Assembly (NCBI GenBank): GCA_964016885.1
Contig: OZ024740.1
Location: forward strand, 303,552,001 to 303,616,000
Source of the DNA: Eledone cirrhosa
Lineage: Eukaryota
Direction: 5' to 3'
Length of the DNA stretch: 64,000 bases
Position numbers and translations under genes: made by a program. Positions 1-11,515 of this stretch are shown here, in pieces. The notes beneath the pieces are model-generated. The model had not been told where the DNA came from. It saw nothing but the letters and a program-made list of their open reading frames with translations, and did no database searches. Every line of letters starts with the position of its first letter. Position 1 is the stretch's first letter.

Positions 1-834
1 AACCTACATGACCATTTTACAGTGTAGACTGGGGTGTTGTAAGTGCATGGAGATTGGGGAGGTAGATCTAGGGTGGGGCACTTATCAAGTGAGGGGTGGA
101 TCGGGGGGGGGAGTCCATACAGACCATGTCAGTACTGATGTAGAGCCACTAATCTCTCAAGCAGGCCAGGGATCTGTCTTTTGCTTATGTATGATCTTAC
201 GTTTCCACTAAATGCTCAGGAGAGGTTATCAAGTCTTAGACACAACTGAGGGTCCTCCCAACCCTTTGCTTGGCAAGATTTCTACGATTGGAGGTCGTTC
301 ATATCACCAACTACTTTACAGCATGTACTGGGAGTGTTTATCGAGTAAATCACGAACACTAGGGAGATTGTCATGTGCTTGACACAACTGAAGGGTCCTC
401 CTGACACTTTGCTTGTTTGTTTAGCAAGCTCTCCATGGCTGAAAGCCCTTCCTATCACTAACCACTACATGGGGCGGGGACTGCTAGGAATGTATGGGTG
501 GCTGAAGTAGTGAAGTTCAGAATAACTGTTAGGGAGTGCTAATGGAAGGGGGGGGGGGAGTAGGTCAGGTCACATTGTATGCTGCAGGTCAGGTCTTCTT
601 CAGCATTGCATAGCGCCAGCCCTCTCAGACTTTAGTCACTTCTCATCCCGTGTTTTACTGGATCTACCTCTTCCATGGGTCCTAACCACTGGGGTTTCTC
701 TGGATTTCTTTATGCTGCTGCTATCTGTTTTGTGCACCACCTGTCCATACCAATGCAGTCATCTCTCTTGCACACCACAACCAATTCCTCTTATGCCAAG
801 TTTTTCCCTCAGTTTGCTTATGCTATGTCGCATA

Positions 835-873
<39 letters not shown>

Positions 874-899
874 TTTACTTTTCTCTCTCTTGATTCAAG

Positions 900-1043
900 A
901 AAGTCAAACAACTTGAGAAGCTTCTGGAAGATCCACAGAAACAAACAGATCGTTCAACTGTGTTAAGCCATGTTATGGGGGAGACTTCTGCGACTAACAC
1001 TGTCACTGGTGGTAAAAGTGAGCACTTTGATTCCAGTACCCAG
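900..1043 (+). CDS. PPP1R21: Probable internal exon of PPP1R21 (KVKQLEKLLEDPQ...HFDSSTQ)
   Basis: Polypyrimidine tract plus AG at 898-899, 144-nt open frame, CAG|gtaaaa donor. Phase 0 joins in frame to the 5910 exon. The peptide is weakly conserved, so the assignment rests on position and phase. Confidence 0.6.
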
Positions 1044-1104
1044 GTAAAACTTACCTTATTCCATACATTACTACACACTAAACACACACACATATATATA
1101 TATA

Positions 1105-1443
1105 AATTTGAGTATGTGTTGATTAATTACCGACACTTCAGTATGCAGGGTAGAGCACTCAACGAAGTGCACAAGTGGGTTTGTTTACTCCGAAGTAATT
1201 TAAAAACAAGAAGTATAAGTCAACAGGTTAAAATTAACTTTGTTTATTCATATTCACTGTTATATATATTTCGAACAGAGGTAAACTTTATTCTATCATT
1301 ATGTTTTTTGTGTTTCTTCTGTTCAAATTCTAGCTGTCTGATGTGGTCATAGCTGTTGCATAATGGTTATCACCAAAATATATATAAGAGCAAATATGAA
1401 TAAACGAAGTTAATTTTAACCTGTTGACTTACACTTCTTGTTT
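1105..1443. mobile_element. Degenerate Penelope-like pLTR fold-back remnant
   Basis: 1107-1200 is similar to 39815-39910. Imperfect inverted arms at about 1203-1273 and 1375-1443. Decayed hammerhead core at 1333-1391. Confidence 0.6.
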
Positions 1444-1450
1444 ACATTGT

Positions 1451-1806
1451 TTAGTGGTTAGAGCATTGGCCTTGCAATCGAAAGGTTGTGAGTTCAATTC
1501 TCAGACCGGGTGATGTGTTGTTTCCTTGAGCAAGACACTTTATTTCACATTGCTCCAGTTTACTCAGCTATAGAAATGAGATGATAGGACTGGGGTCCTT
1601 ATCATTCCACTGCAAAGTGGTCGTGGAGGTGCCACGGCAAAAAAGCACCCAGCCCACACTGTAAAGTGGACGTGTAGGCGCTATGGAAAAAAAGCACCCA
1701 GCACTCACTGTAAATGAGGTTGGTGTTAGGAAGGGCAACCAGCTGTAGAAATTAAGCCAGAATCAGCTCCCGTCTCACCTTTGCAAGCAGGGAAAAGCTG
1801 ACGTAA
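1451..1806 (+). mobile_element. tRNA-head CORE-type SINE with RTE-derived tail
   Basis: Pol III A/B-box-like tagtggttagagc / gagttcaattc, then ccttgagcaagacac body. Nearly identical to 33917-34243 and 54925-55263. Confidence 0.85.
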
Positions 1807-1808
1807 GT

Positions 1809-2906
1809 GTTCTATAGAAATAGTGGACAGCTTCCGTTACCTGGGTGACAAAATCAGCAGTGGAGGAGGGTGCTCTGAAAGTACAGTAGCTAGAGTCAGA
1901 ACTGGATGGAAAAAGTTCAGAGAGCTTATACCACTATTAGCTGCTAAAGGGTTCTCCCTAAAAATGAAAGGCAGGTTGTATGATGCCTGCATACGAACAG
2001 CAATGTTGCATGGCAGTGAGACCTGGGCATTGTGTGCAGAGGATATACGCAGACTAGAGAGGAACGAAGCTTGCATGCTCCGCTGGATGTGTAATAGTAA
2101 TATACGTGAACGGCAAAGCATAAACGAACTAAGGAAAAAATTAGAAATAAGAGGGATCAGATGTTGTTTACTCGAGAGAAGGCTACGTTGGTATGGTCAC
2201 GTGATGCGCATGAAAGACGATAGCTGTATAACAAAGTGCAGGGCAATAAAGATAGACGGTAGCCACGGAGTAGGCAGACCCAGAAAAACCTGGGACTAGC
2301 TGATAAATTCCGACCTCACACACTTACACCTCTCCAAGACAATGTCACTGGACCGAGACCTTTGGCGTTACTCAGTAATAGAGAAGACCCGCCTTACCTA
2401 AATACAAAGTAAAACCTACTACAGTCAGTAGGCATCTCTAACAAAATACACCCCGTCCCACCACCCCCACTCCATCCACACCGCCTCTTTCAATGTAAAG
2501 TTATGTTGGTGCCACAACATCCAGGCCGAAACAAATGAGATCGTGTAGGTGTCACGACAAAAAAACACACAGTCCACGCTGTAATGTGGCCATGTAGGCA
2601 ACATGGTAAAAACCTCCCAGCCCCACACTGTAAATGTGGTTGGTGTTAGGAAGGGCATCCAGCTGTAGAAAACCCGCCAGACAGTCCATGCTGTAATGTG
2701 GCCATGTAGGCAACACGGTAAAAACCTCCCAGCCCCACACTGTAAATGTGGTTGGTGTTAGGAAGGGCATCCAGCTGTAGAAAACCCGCCAGACAGTCCT
2801 ATGCGAGCAAGACAATCACTCTTGCCTCAAGTGGGAAAACCCCCGTCCAAACCCATGCAAGCGTGGAACACGGACGTTAAACGTTGATGATGATGATGAT
2901 GATGAT
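1809..2906 (+). mobile_element. 5'-truncated RTE LINE, family 1 (copy D)
   Basis: DSFRYLG...RRLRWYGHV...GRPRKTW RT thumb, premature TAG at 2297, family 3'UTR with a 112-bp tandem duplication, (GAT)n tail. Confidence 0.93.
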
Positions 2907-2910
2907 ATAT

Positions 2911-4930
2911 ACAGGCAGATAGTGTCTAATACCAAGGCATACCCTGGGGAAGAATGTACCCCACAGCATAGGTTAGTCGTTAGTGATGTCTCAGTAAGCA
3001 AGAGATGGAATGAGACATACAGGAAGGTGTGGAAAAGAAAGATCTGGAAGCTAAAAGACCTTTCACTAAAATACAAATTTAGGAAAGCCCTTCAAGATGT
3101 ATATGATGAAAAAGAAGACGATTTAGAGACGTATGACATAGATAATAACTGGAATTTCTTACGTGACAACTTGCTGCAGGCTACTGATGAAACTTGTGGC
3201 TGGAGCAGAGCTCCAACCAGACAGAGTGACCTGGTGGTGGAACAGCACAGTAGATAAGTAGAGACAAAAGACTAGCATGGAAGGCTTGGAAAATGGGTGG
3301 GAGTAAGGAAGAATATACAGCCGCTAAGAGAGAAGCTAGACGCCAGGTGTACTTAGCATACAGGGAGGCTAAGAGTAGGAGATTTGCCAATGTTCTGCGA
3401 CAGGAAGATCAGAGGCATGCAGTGTTCCACATTGCAAGGCAGTGTGTCAATGCAAATCAGGTTGTTGTTGGAGATAAATGTGTCCAGGATGATGCCGGTG
3501 TACTTAGTGTCATGAATGATCAGAAAAAGGAGGCCTGGAAATGTCATTATGAGAGACTGATGAATGTGGAGAACGAATGGGAGAGAGAGAAATTACCCTT
3601 AGTAGATCCGACAGAGGGACCAGCTATTGAGATTGACGAATATAGCGTCCAAGAGGCGATTAAGGAAATGAAAAATGTTAAGGCTGCTGGACCATCGGGA
3701 ATAGTTGCTGAGATGCTGAAGGCATCAGGGGACGTAGGCACTAAACTGGTTGCACGCATCATCAATCAGGCTATATATGGTGGTGTCATACCCAAAGACT
3801 GGTGCAGCAGTATTCTCATAAATTGCTACAAAGGTAAAGGGGATGCTCTAGAGAGGAGCAATTATAGGGGTATAAAACTGATGGATCAGGTTATGAAAGT
3901 GGCAGAAAGGATATTAGCACAACTAATTAGAGAAAGACTGGCTGTCCATGGGAACTTCTCTATGCTGACGATCTGGTTCTTATAGCAGAATCAGTAGAGG
4001 AGCTAGAGAATAAATTCTGGCTATGGAAACAGCAGTTGGAAGCAAGAGGACTGAGAGTGAACCTAGCTAAGACAAAAGTGTTGATGAGTAGAAAAGAGGA
4101 CAAAACTCTGATTCCATCAGGGAAATGGCCATGTTCGATATGCAGAAAAGGAACTGGCATAAATTCTATAAAATGCACACAATGCAGATCCTGGGTACAC
4201 AAGAGATGTAGCGGGATAGCAGGCAAACTAACAGGTAGGGAGAAATATGTATGCAGTAGATGTACAGGGAAATTAGACAGTAGAAGTCGCATTGATAGAC
4301 ACATTTTTCAAATGCAGGAGGGTACTATAGAAGTGGTGGATAGCTTCCAGTACCTAGGAGATCAGATTAGCATGGGAGGAGGGTGTTCCGAGGCCATAGT
4401 ATCTAGAATAAGGACGGGTTGGAAGAAGTTTAGGGAGCTGCTTCTTTCTGCTGACGAAGAAGGGTTTCTCCCTGCGTACGAAAGGCCAGTTGTATGATGC
4501 CTGTGTGAGGAGCGCGATGCTGCATGGTAATGAGACATGGGCAGCAACTGCAGAGGATATGCGACGGCTGGAGAGAAATGAGGCAAGCATGCTCCGTTGG
4601 ATGTGCAGTGTAAATATACGTGAACGACCCAGCATGAATGTGTTGAGAGGGATAGAATGTAGTGTACGGGAGAGGAGACTGAGGTGGTATGGACATGTGA
4701 TGTGCATGGAGGATGACCGATAGGTGAAGAAGTGCCAGGAAATGCCAGTTGAAGGAAGACGTGGTAAAGGTAGACCACGAAAAACAGGGGCGGAGGTGGT
4801 GAGAACAGACCTCAGATCGTTGAAGCTCACGGTGGAGATGACGAAGGACCGTGACGAGTGGAGAGATGCTGTGCTGAATAAAACCCGTCCCACCCTTGCA
4901 AGCAGGGAAGAGCGGACGTAAAATGAGGAT
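2911..4930 (+). mobile_element. Degenerate RTE LINE, family 2 (PHD-bearing, RT core internally deleted)
   Basis: QHRLVV EN end, [34 protein letters not shown] finger, RRLRWYGHV. Contains frameshifts. Ends ...gcggacgtaaaatgaggat. Confidence 0.9.
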
Positions 4931-5399
4931 ATATAGTGTTTATGATTCAGTGAATTACTAGTGGTGGTACCAAAATGAACACTCGATGCACAGGCAGAGT
5001 GTATATATTAAGAAAAACGATGAAGTTTTGTTTACATGTAGTTAGTTGTTTATTGTGTATTGACCTGTTATGCACATTTCGCAGAAGATTGGGTCAGGGT
5101 CACCCATAGAAGTTATGGATCCAGCTCTATTATCAATATGCTCCTCAGACTGGTGATTCAACAAATAATCCAGTGTTTGTTATGATTTGTGAGATGATAG
5201 GTATATATAAACATTGGCAATATTTGTTTTTATGGATGTGGGCATATGTAAGTGTTTGAGTGTATAGGCAGGGCTACTAATGTGCATATATATATATACA
5301 TATTTTCATGTGCATTTTTGTCTGTGTGTATGCGAGTGTTTATTCATATGTGTCTGTGAGTTTGCGGGTTTGTGCATTTGTTTTTAATCAGGAGTGTTT

Positions 5400-5798
5400 A
5401 TACGAGGGCAATCCCAAAAGTAAGGTCTCCTTCCAATATTGCAACTTTTCCGTTAAAATCCTGTGGATGGTGCTTCGGGAAACCTCATGAACCAAAATGC
5501 AGAGAGCATCCAGAGTGATCTGCCGATCTTTACGTATGTTTTCCTCGGAAAGAGACCTTACTTTTGGGATTGCCCTCGTATATAATAACTGCGCAAAATT
5601 TGCACTTGGCAGTAGCATTCAATGGGAGCTCCATTCTCAATTGCTGCCAAGCCAAGATTGAGCATCCCAGCGAAGCGCGCGCATGCTTGTTTGGGAGTGA
5701 AGGAAGCACCAATCACAACAGTGTTGCCAACAGCCGTATGAACAGTTTCTCTGCGTCCCCATCGCTTTGGAGACCTTACTTTTGGGATTACCCTCGTA
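5400..5798 (-). mobile_element. Mariner/Tc1 remnant with three TIR copies
   Basis: TIR TACGAGGGCAATCCCAAAAGTAAGGTCTC at about 5401(+), 5580(-) and 5798(-), TA-flanked. Minus-strand fragment EENIRKDRQITLDAL...SRSTIHRILTEKLQYWK resembles the mariner transposase HTH. Confidence 0.85.
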
Positions 5799-5909
5799 TA
5801 TCTGTGTGCATGCATCTGTTGGTATGGGTGTGTGGAGACCGGTGTTGTCAGCTGGACATTCACTGTATTGTTTTTGTCATAACTGATCTCTGTTTCTGTT
5901 TTCTCACAG

Positions 5910-6107
5910 CATTCTCCATCACTTGACACCACAGCAGGCCAAGTGCCTCTATCAGATGCAGATAGCCGTGAACAACTGATGAAGGCATCCATGGTAGATG
6001 CTGATAGTCGAGAACAATTGATAAAAGATCACCTAACTAATCGAATTAACCAGCTAACATTGAATCTTCAGTTGGCTGAAAGCAAAGCAATTAATTTTCA
6101 TGCAGAG
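5910..6107 (+). CDS. PPP1R21: PPP1R21 exon (HSPSLD...DSREQLIKDHLTNRINQLTLNLQLAESKAINFHAE)
   Basis: ttctcacag| acceptor, GAG|gtatgt donor, 198 nt. Resembles the vertebrate PPP1R21 C-terminal segment recalled as SREDLIKNHYMARIVELTSQLQLADSKSVHFYAE. Confidence 0.9.
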
Positions 6108-6658
6108 GTATGTTGTTTTTAGTTGCAGACTTTATTCAGAACTTCAGAGAGAGTGTGTGTGTGTGTGTGTGAAAGCGAGAGACTGAATGTTCCCCAATTA
6201 AGGGCTATCAAACATTCATTTAGTTGGAGTCATTATAGTTATATAAAACATACATGTTTGCTTTCACTTTTAATTTATTTTGTAAAAATGTTAAAAGGTT
6301 TTTGTCACATCTTTACTGACACAGTTAAACTGCATCTCTGATAAGGAAAGTTAAAACATCCCCATAATCTGTTGTATAGCTAAGACTGTAAACAACAGTA
6401 GGAAATTGAAGATTGTTCTTAAGATTAACAAAAAGAATTAATTTCTTTTTATAGTCATTACCCAAGATAGGTAAGGGTTGGCACAAATACCAAATCACAC
6501 TCTCTCTATAAAATTTTAGAGAGAGAAATACCCCAACAAAATACCCAAATCCATAGAATTAATGCTGTAATTCCTGCTTTATGTAAACAGATGATGTCAT
6601 AGACAGTTTTGTTCTTTTAATTTTTCCTAGCATGGGAATATTTGATTGTTGCTTTTAA

Positions 6659-7073
6659 CCCTTTAGCATTCAAACCGGCCATATTCAGCCAGAATTCTCT
6701 CACCTCTTTCTGTTGAAACTGCCCATAACTCGCCACTCATACTGACGTTAAGGTATTGTTCTCAAAATAAATAACATCAAAATCTCGTAGATTCGATATT
6801 ATGTGAGATAATTATGCAAGGTAAAGCCTTTACCACGAAAATACAAAAGTAAATGTAGAGTAATTGTTTCTACTTTAGGCACAAGGCCAGCAATTACCCA
6901 GTGCATTACTGGTACTTTACTTTATCGACCCCGTAAGGATGAAAGGCAAAGTCAACCTCGGCGGGATTTGAACTCAGATCGTAAAGGGACGTAACTATGC
7001 TGGAAAGCATGGCGTCCGACCCTCTACCGATACTGCCAATCCACCGCCCTAGAGTAATGTAAATGCTAAAGGG
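6659..7073. mobile_element. piggyBac-type MITE
   Basis: TTAA|CCCTTTAGCATT ... AATGCTAAAGGG|TTAA terminal inverted repeats with TTAA target duplication. Confidence 0.85.
6865..7049 (-). mobile_element. Meta-domain tRNA SINE nested in the MITE
   Basis: Minus strand reads gagttcaaatcccgccgaggttgactttgcctttcatccttacggggtcgataaa. TSD TAGAGTAAT at 6856 and 7050. Same family at 50862-51072 and 63253-63435. Confidence 0.85.
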
Positions 7074-8159
7074 TTAAACTATAATTAATCATTTCAACTT
7101 GTTAACTGTTCTGAACATATAGTTTCCCAGTCCTCCACCCAGCAACAAGTATTTTTGTCCACAGGGCACAGCTGAAACACTGCTTTGATCTAGGTGTAAA
7201 GTCTGTCACCCTCTCCCCTTCCTTTCTCCTTTTGTTCTACTAGTCCTTGCTCCCCCCCCCCCCTACCTTTTCCTCTCATTTATGGCATTTATAGTCCTTT
7301 CCAATGGTGCTTTCTTTTTCTGTATGTTTAACCAATTTATAGTTATATCAACAATAAATTTAAGTATTTCCTTGTATTTCATCTTTCTTCGGTGAGTTTA
7401 TTATTATTTATTTAATTTTGATTTGTTTTACATACATTCCCACACACATACATCTTGACATGAATACTGGTAAAATGCAGGTAATCTGACAACTAAGTTA
7501 TACAACTGAACAGCAGAGCTTTTGGCACTTGCACTTTTCAAACTTATCAATTTATTTAGTGAACATATATAAGTATTTTATATTATATAAAATAAAATAT
7601 TCATTTTCTGAAGGCTTTCTCATATGAAAGCACATCTGGCAAGCCCAATTGTGACTTACACACATGTACTGATGCAGACTTCTCTTGCATACTTGCACAC
7701 ATATCATATAGAAACCCCTTCCCCATCATTTTCACCATGTGAATGTCATCATCATCAATCAGCTTTTTCCTGCTTGCTAGAGTATACATGGTATTTTCAA
7801 TCCATTCTTTGGCCAACTCACTATTTTTATCATTTGTACTTGTTAGTAATTTTGCATTCTCATTTATTTTCGCAACCTGTTGCTTTATATTGACCTTTAT
7901 CAATCGGTTGTTTCCCAGTAATCTAGGAGGGTGATAAGAGACATAAGGTAGTGACTTCATGCAGATGATAACTTAGTTTTATGGGTTTTGTAATGTGTTA
8001 TTCTAACCAGTTAGAACCGTTGGCTAATCAGAACCTAGTAGTGTGTCGAGCCACACTTTGACTATTTAAACAGTACTGAAACTGGTTTCTGTGCTTTCTC
8101 TCTTAACATGCACCAGCAGTGATGGTAAGCTATTTCATTTGGGACACACACACTCTTTC

Positions 8160-8292
8160 TCTCTCTTTCATTCCCAGCTAGAGGATCCAGCTGGATCAGT
8201 TGGAGACGGTTGCTTCTGACAGGACCTACTGGAAAGAGTGTTTGAGGACTCTGACCCTCAGGGATAAGTAGATGATGAAGAAGAAGAAGATG
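8160..8292 (+). mobile_element. 3' end of an RTE (Expander/Rex3-like) family 3 with (GAA)n tail
   Basis: gtttgaggactct...gataagt...gaagaagaag end shared with 9890-10160, 41657-41885, 48780-48995, 56976-57362 and 62740-62850. Confidence 0.65.
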
Positions 8293-8470
8293 ATTTATTA
8301 TGGACATTGAATTATTAAAATGTTTTTTCTTCTCCATTCTCAGTTTAGTGCAATGCTACCTTGTCTTTTCACTCTGTTGCCTCTCTTGTAGTAATATTAC
8401 TTTCTCTATTCACTCAACTCTAATAATACTCTATCTATTCATTCAACTGCAATATTACTCTATCTTTCAG

Positions 8471-8569
8471 GTTCGGGCCTTACATAAGAGGTTAGCCATT
8501 GCAGAAGAAGCCAAAGAAAAATCTATAGATGAACTAAAATATGCTACAACAGTACAAGCTCAGTTAAAG
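8471..8569 (+). CDS. PPP1R21: PPP1R21 exon (VRALHKRLAIAEEAKEKSIDELKYATTVQAQLK)
   Basis: tctttcag| acceptor, AAG|gtttgt donor, 99 nt, phase 0. Coiled coil matching the RAL.KRLA.AE..KE motif. Confidence 0.92.
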
Positions 8570-8633
8570 GTTTGTATTTTAATAATTACTACTTATATTG
8601 GTGCAAAACCATAAAATTGTAGGGGAGAAATGT

Positions 8634-9200
8634 CATCATCATCATTTTATATCTAATTTCCATGCTAGCATGGGTTAGATGGGTTGTCCCATTTGAGGTA
8701 AGTCAGGTTAGATGACCATGTCTTGCTCATACAGAACTGTTTTTGGCATGGTTTCTACGGCCGGATGGTCTTCATAATGCCAACCACATTTACAGAGTGT
8801 GCTGGGTATTTTTTGCCATGACACCTAAACGACCACTTTACATTGTGGGCTGGGTAATTTTTATAGCAACACCATAACAACCAACTTACAGTGTGGACTA
8901 GATGCCTTTTATTGTGACACCAAAATGGACTGGGTGATGTGTTGTGTCCTTGAGCAAGACACTTTATTTCACGTTGCTCCAGTTCACTCAGCTGTAAAAA
9001 TGAGTTGCAACATCACTGGTGCCAAGCTGTATTGGCCGTTGCCTTTCCCTTGGACAACATCGGTGGCATGGAGAGGAGAGACTGGTATTCATGGGCAACT
9101 GCTGGCTTTCCACAAACAACCTTGCCCATTCATGTACCCTTGAGGAGAACTTTCTAGGTAGAAATCCCATGCTCATTAGTGATCAAAGGGGTCTTTACCT
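8634..9200. mobile_element. Back-to-back SINE fragments (minus-strand tail 8634-8925, plus-strand CORE body 8930-9200)
   Basis: catcatcat...tttccatgctagcatggg tail on the minus strand; gttgtgtccttgagcaagacactttatttcac body on the plus strand. Confidence 0.7.
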
Positions 9201-9315
9201 TATTCCGATTATTTTTATATCTACCCTTCACTGTTGTTATTTTTTTCCCAAATGTAAACAGCTTTTTTTTCTTTAGTAGACAAAATGAATGTTTTCATAC
9301 TTTATTTCAATATAG

Positions 9316-9450
9316 GATGATTTAGCTACCACAACTCGTAGCTATGAAGGTCAACTTAGTATGATGAGTGAACACTTGGCCAGTATGAATGAAAAACTTA
9401 CAACTCAGAAGGACGAGATTGATGAACTAAAGATACAAGCAATGTCTAAA
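9316..9450 (+). CDS. PPP1R21: PPP1R21 exon (DDLATTTRSYEGQLSMMSEHLASMNEKLTTQKDEIDELKIQAMSK)
   Basis: tatag| acceptor, AAA|gtaagt donor, 135 nt. Carries the conserved RSYE.QLSMMS.HL.SMNE.L..Q..EID.LK signature. Confidence 0.95.
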
Positions 9451-11234
9451 GTAAGTAATCTATCATAATCTTATTGGAGAAAACTGGAATTTAGTTAAAG
9501 CCTTGAGGCTTTCAATTATAACAATATGTTACATTTCAAGGAAGAAGTATTTAATAACAGTAGGGTTTCAACTGATAGAAGCCCAGTTACTCTTGAGTCT
9601 CGAATAATCGCCCTTATTAATTTTTCAGATTTTTTTCACTCCCACTCGTATCCCCCCAACACACACACACTCACACTTAATATACTTTGCTAATCTATCT
9701 CCAACAAAATTTTATTTTAAGTGGTAACATTCCTGTGATAATTAATTTTCTTTATACATTAAAAAACATTATACATGACAAAAAAAGAACATTACTAGAA
9801 ATCCCATATGATATAAAATAAATCACTGGTTAGACATGTAAACATCCATAGCTTACTTAAAAAAAACAAGTGAGATTTGGCATTGGGAAGGGCTTCTTTC
9901 TTTCTTTTTCTTCTCCTTCTCCTCCGCCTCTTCTCACTTATGCCTGGGAGGGTCGTGGAGACAGAGTCCTCAAGCACATGCCCATAATATCGGATCTATA
10001 ATCTCCCAATTTGGAGAAGTAGCAGCTCTACCTGCAGTGACTCTCTGATCTCTGAGCTATGCATTCTATTGAATAATATTACTGCAAAGATCTTTCAGAA
10101 GTATCCTGTTTCAGTCACTTGCATTCGTGCTTGTATTCTTTCAGTCATCAACCCAAGGGCTTCTAGCTGTAGAATTCTGCCTTAAAAGTCTTTTCCTATC
10201 TATGCCAAAAAGTAAACATGAAACTGATGATGATGACTCTTATTCTGTGGAAGTAATATCTGATATGTATTAAATATATCACAAGAATTAGATAACAGTT
10301 CAATATTCAGCTATCTAATTTTTGAAATCTTCTGATAAGAATTAATAGTAATAAGAGTTTTATTTAAGACTCAGAGTTAAAACTATTTATAATTTTTTTT
10401 ATAAATGTAGTTGGCAGTGCCCCAGCATGGCCTCAGCTTGTTGGCTGGAACACGTAATAGAGTTATTGTTGCAGTTTGAGTGTCTATTCTTAATGCAATT
10501 TCATAATTGGCAGTAGAATCGGTTGAGTGCCAGACAAAATGGTTTGTGGTATTTAGTTAGTTATGACTTTCTATGTTCTGAGGAGTTCAAATCCTATATT
10601 CTACAGTTTTTATCAGTAAAATTTATTTTGATTAAAGGTTAAAGTACTTCTCATCTTGTCATATACTTTTACTTGCTCCTCCTTTGCTATAATTATTCAG
10701 AAATTAGTTCCCGTATCTCTAGTAAAACTTGTCAAGGTGACATTTCAATGACTTGTTACTAGCACAAACCTATAATTTTAATGAAACAGCTGGCTGACTA
10801 CTGGTCAATATATGTGGCTAAGTGAGTGTTGGGTGTGGGCTGAGAAGGTTGGGAAAGTTTATTACTTTTTGTGTATTTGATGTCTCTGTCTGTCTGTGTG
10901 TGTGTGATTACATATATTTATATAGTTGTCATCATCACCATCATCATCATCATTCATGCTTGTATATGTTGAGGCCAGATAGGTCCTGCTGGTATGCTTT
11001 GTTATGGCTTGGTTTTTATGGCTTGAAGCACCTTGCAACAAAGGAGACACTTCACAGCACTTGAGTTATTAGATTGTGGTAACATCTGTTTTAATAATCT
11101 ATGGCAGTTATCAATATTTTCAGATCCATACAACTTGTGTCATGCATGAAAAAAATAAATAGTATAATATCAATTAATATATTGAGTGAATGTTAAAATG
11201 GAGAAAAATATGTTCTTTAACTCAGCAGCAGCAA

Positions 11235-11515
11235 TGGAGGCACTTGGCCTAGTGGTAAGGAATTGGACTTATGATCATAATGTTGCGGCTTCAATTCCTG
11301 GGCTGGGTTTTTTGTTGTGTTCTTGAGCAAAACACTTCATTTCACGTAGCTCTAGTATACTCAGCTGAAAATGAGTACCAGCAATAGCTGGTGGTTTAAC
11401 CCTGCAATGGACTGGTGTCCTGTCCAGGAGGGAAGTCTTGAACTTTCAGTCACTTCATGCCATGAAACTGGGACAAGCACTGGCCTGTTGAGCCTCCTGG
11501 CTTGAACAGACCTTT
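11235..11515 (+). mobile_element. tRNA-head SINE with V-domain-like body
   Basis: tggcctagtgg A box, CORE-like segment, ccctgcaatggactggtgtcctgtccagg. Relatives on the minus strand at about 52350-52585 and 58900-59188. Confidence 0.75.
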
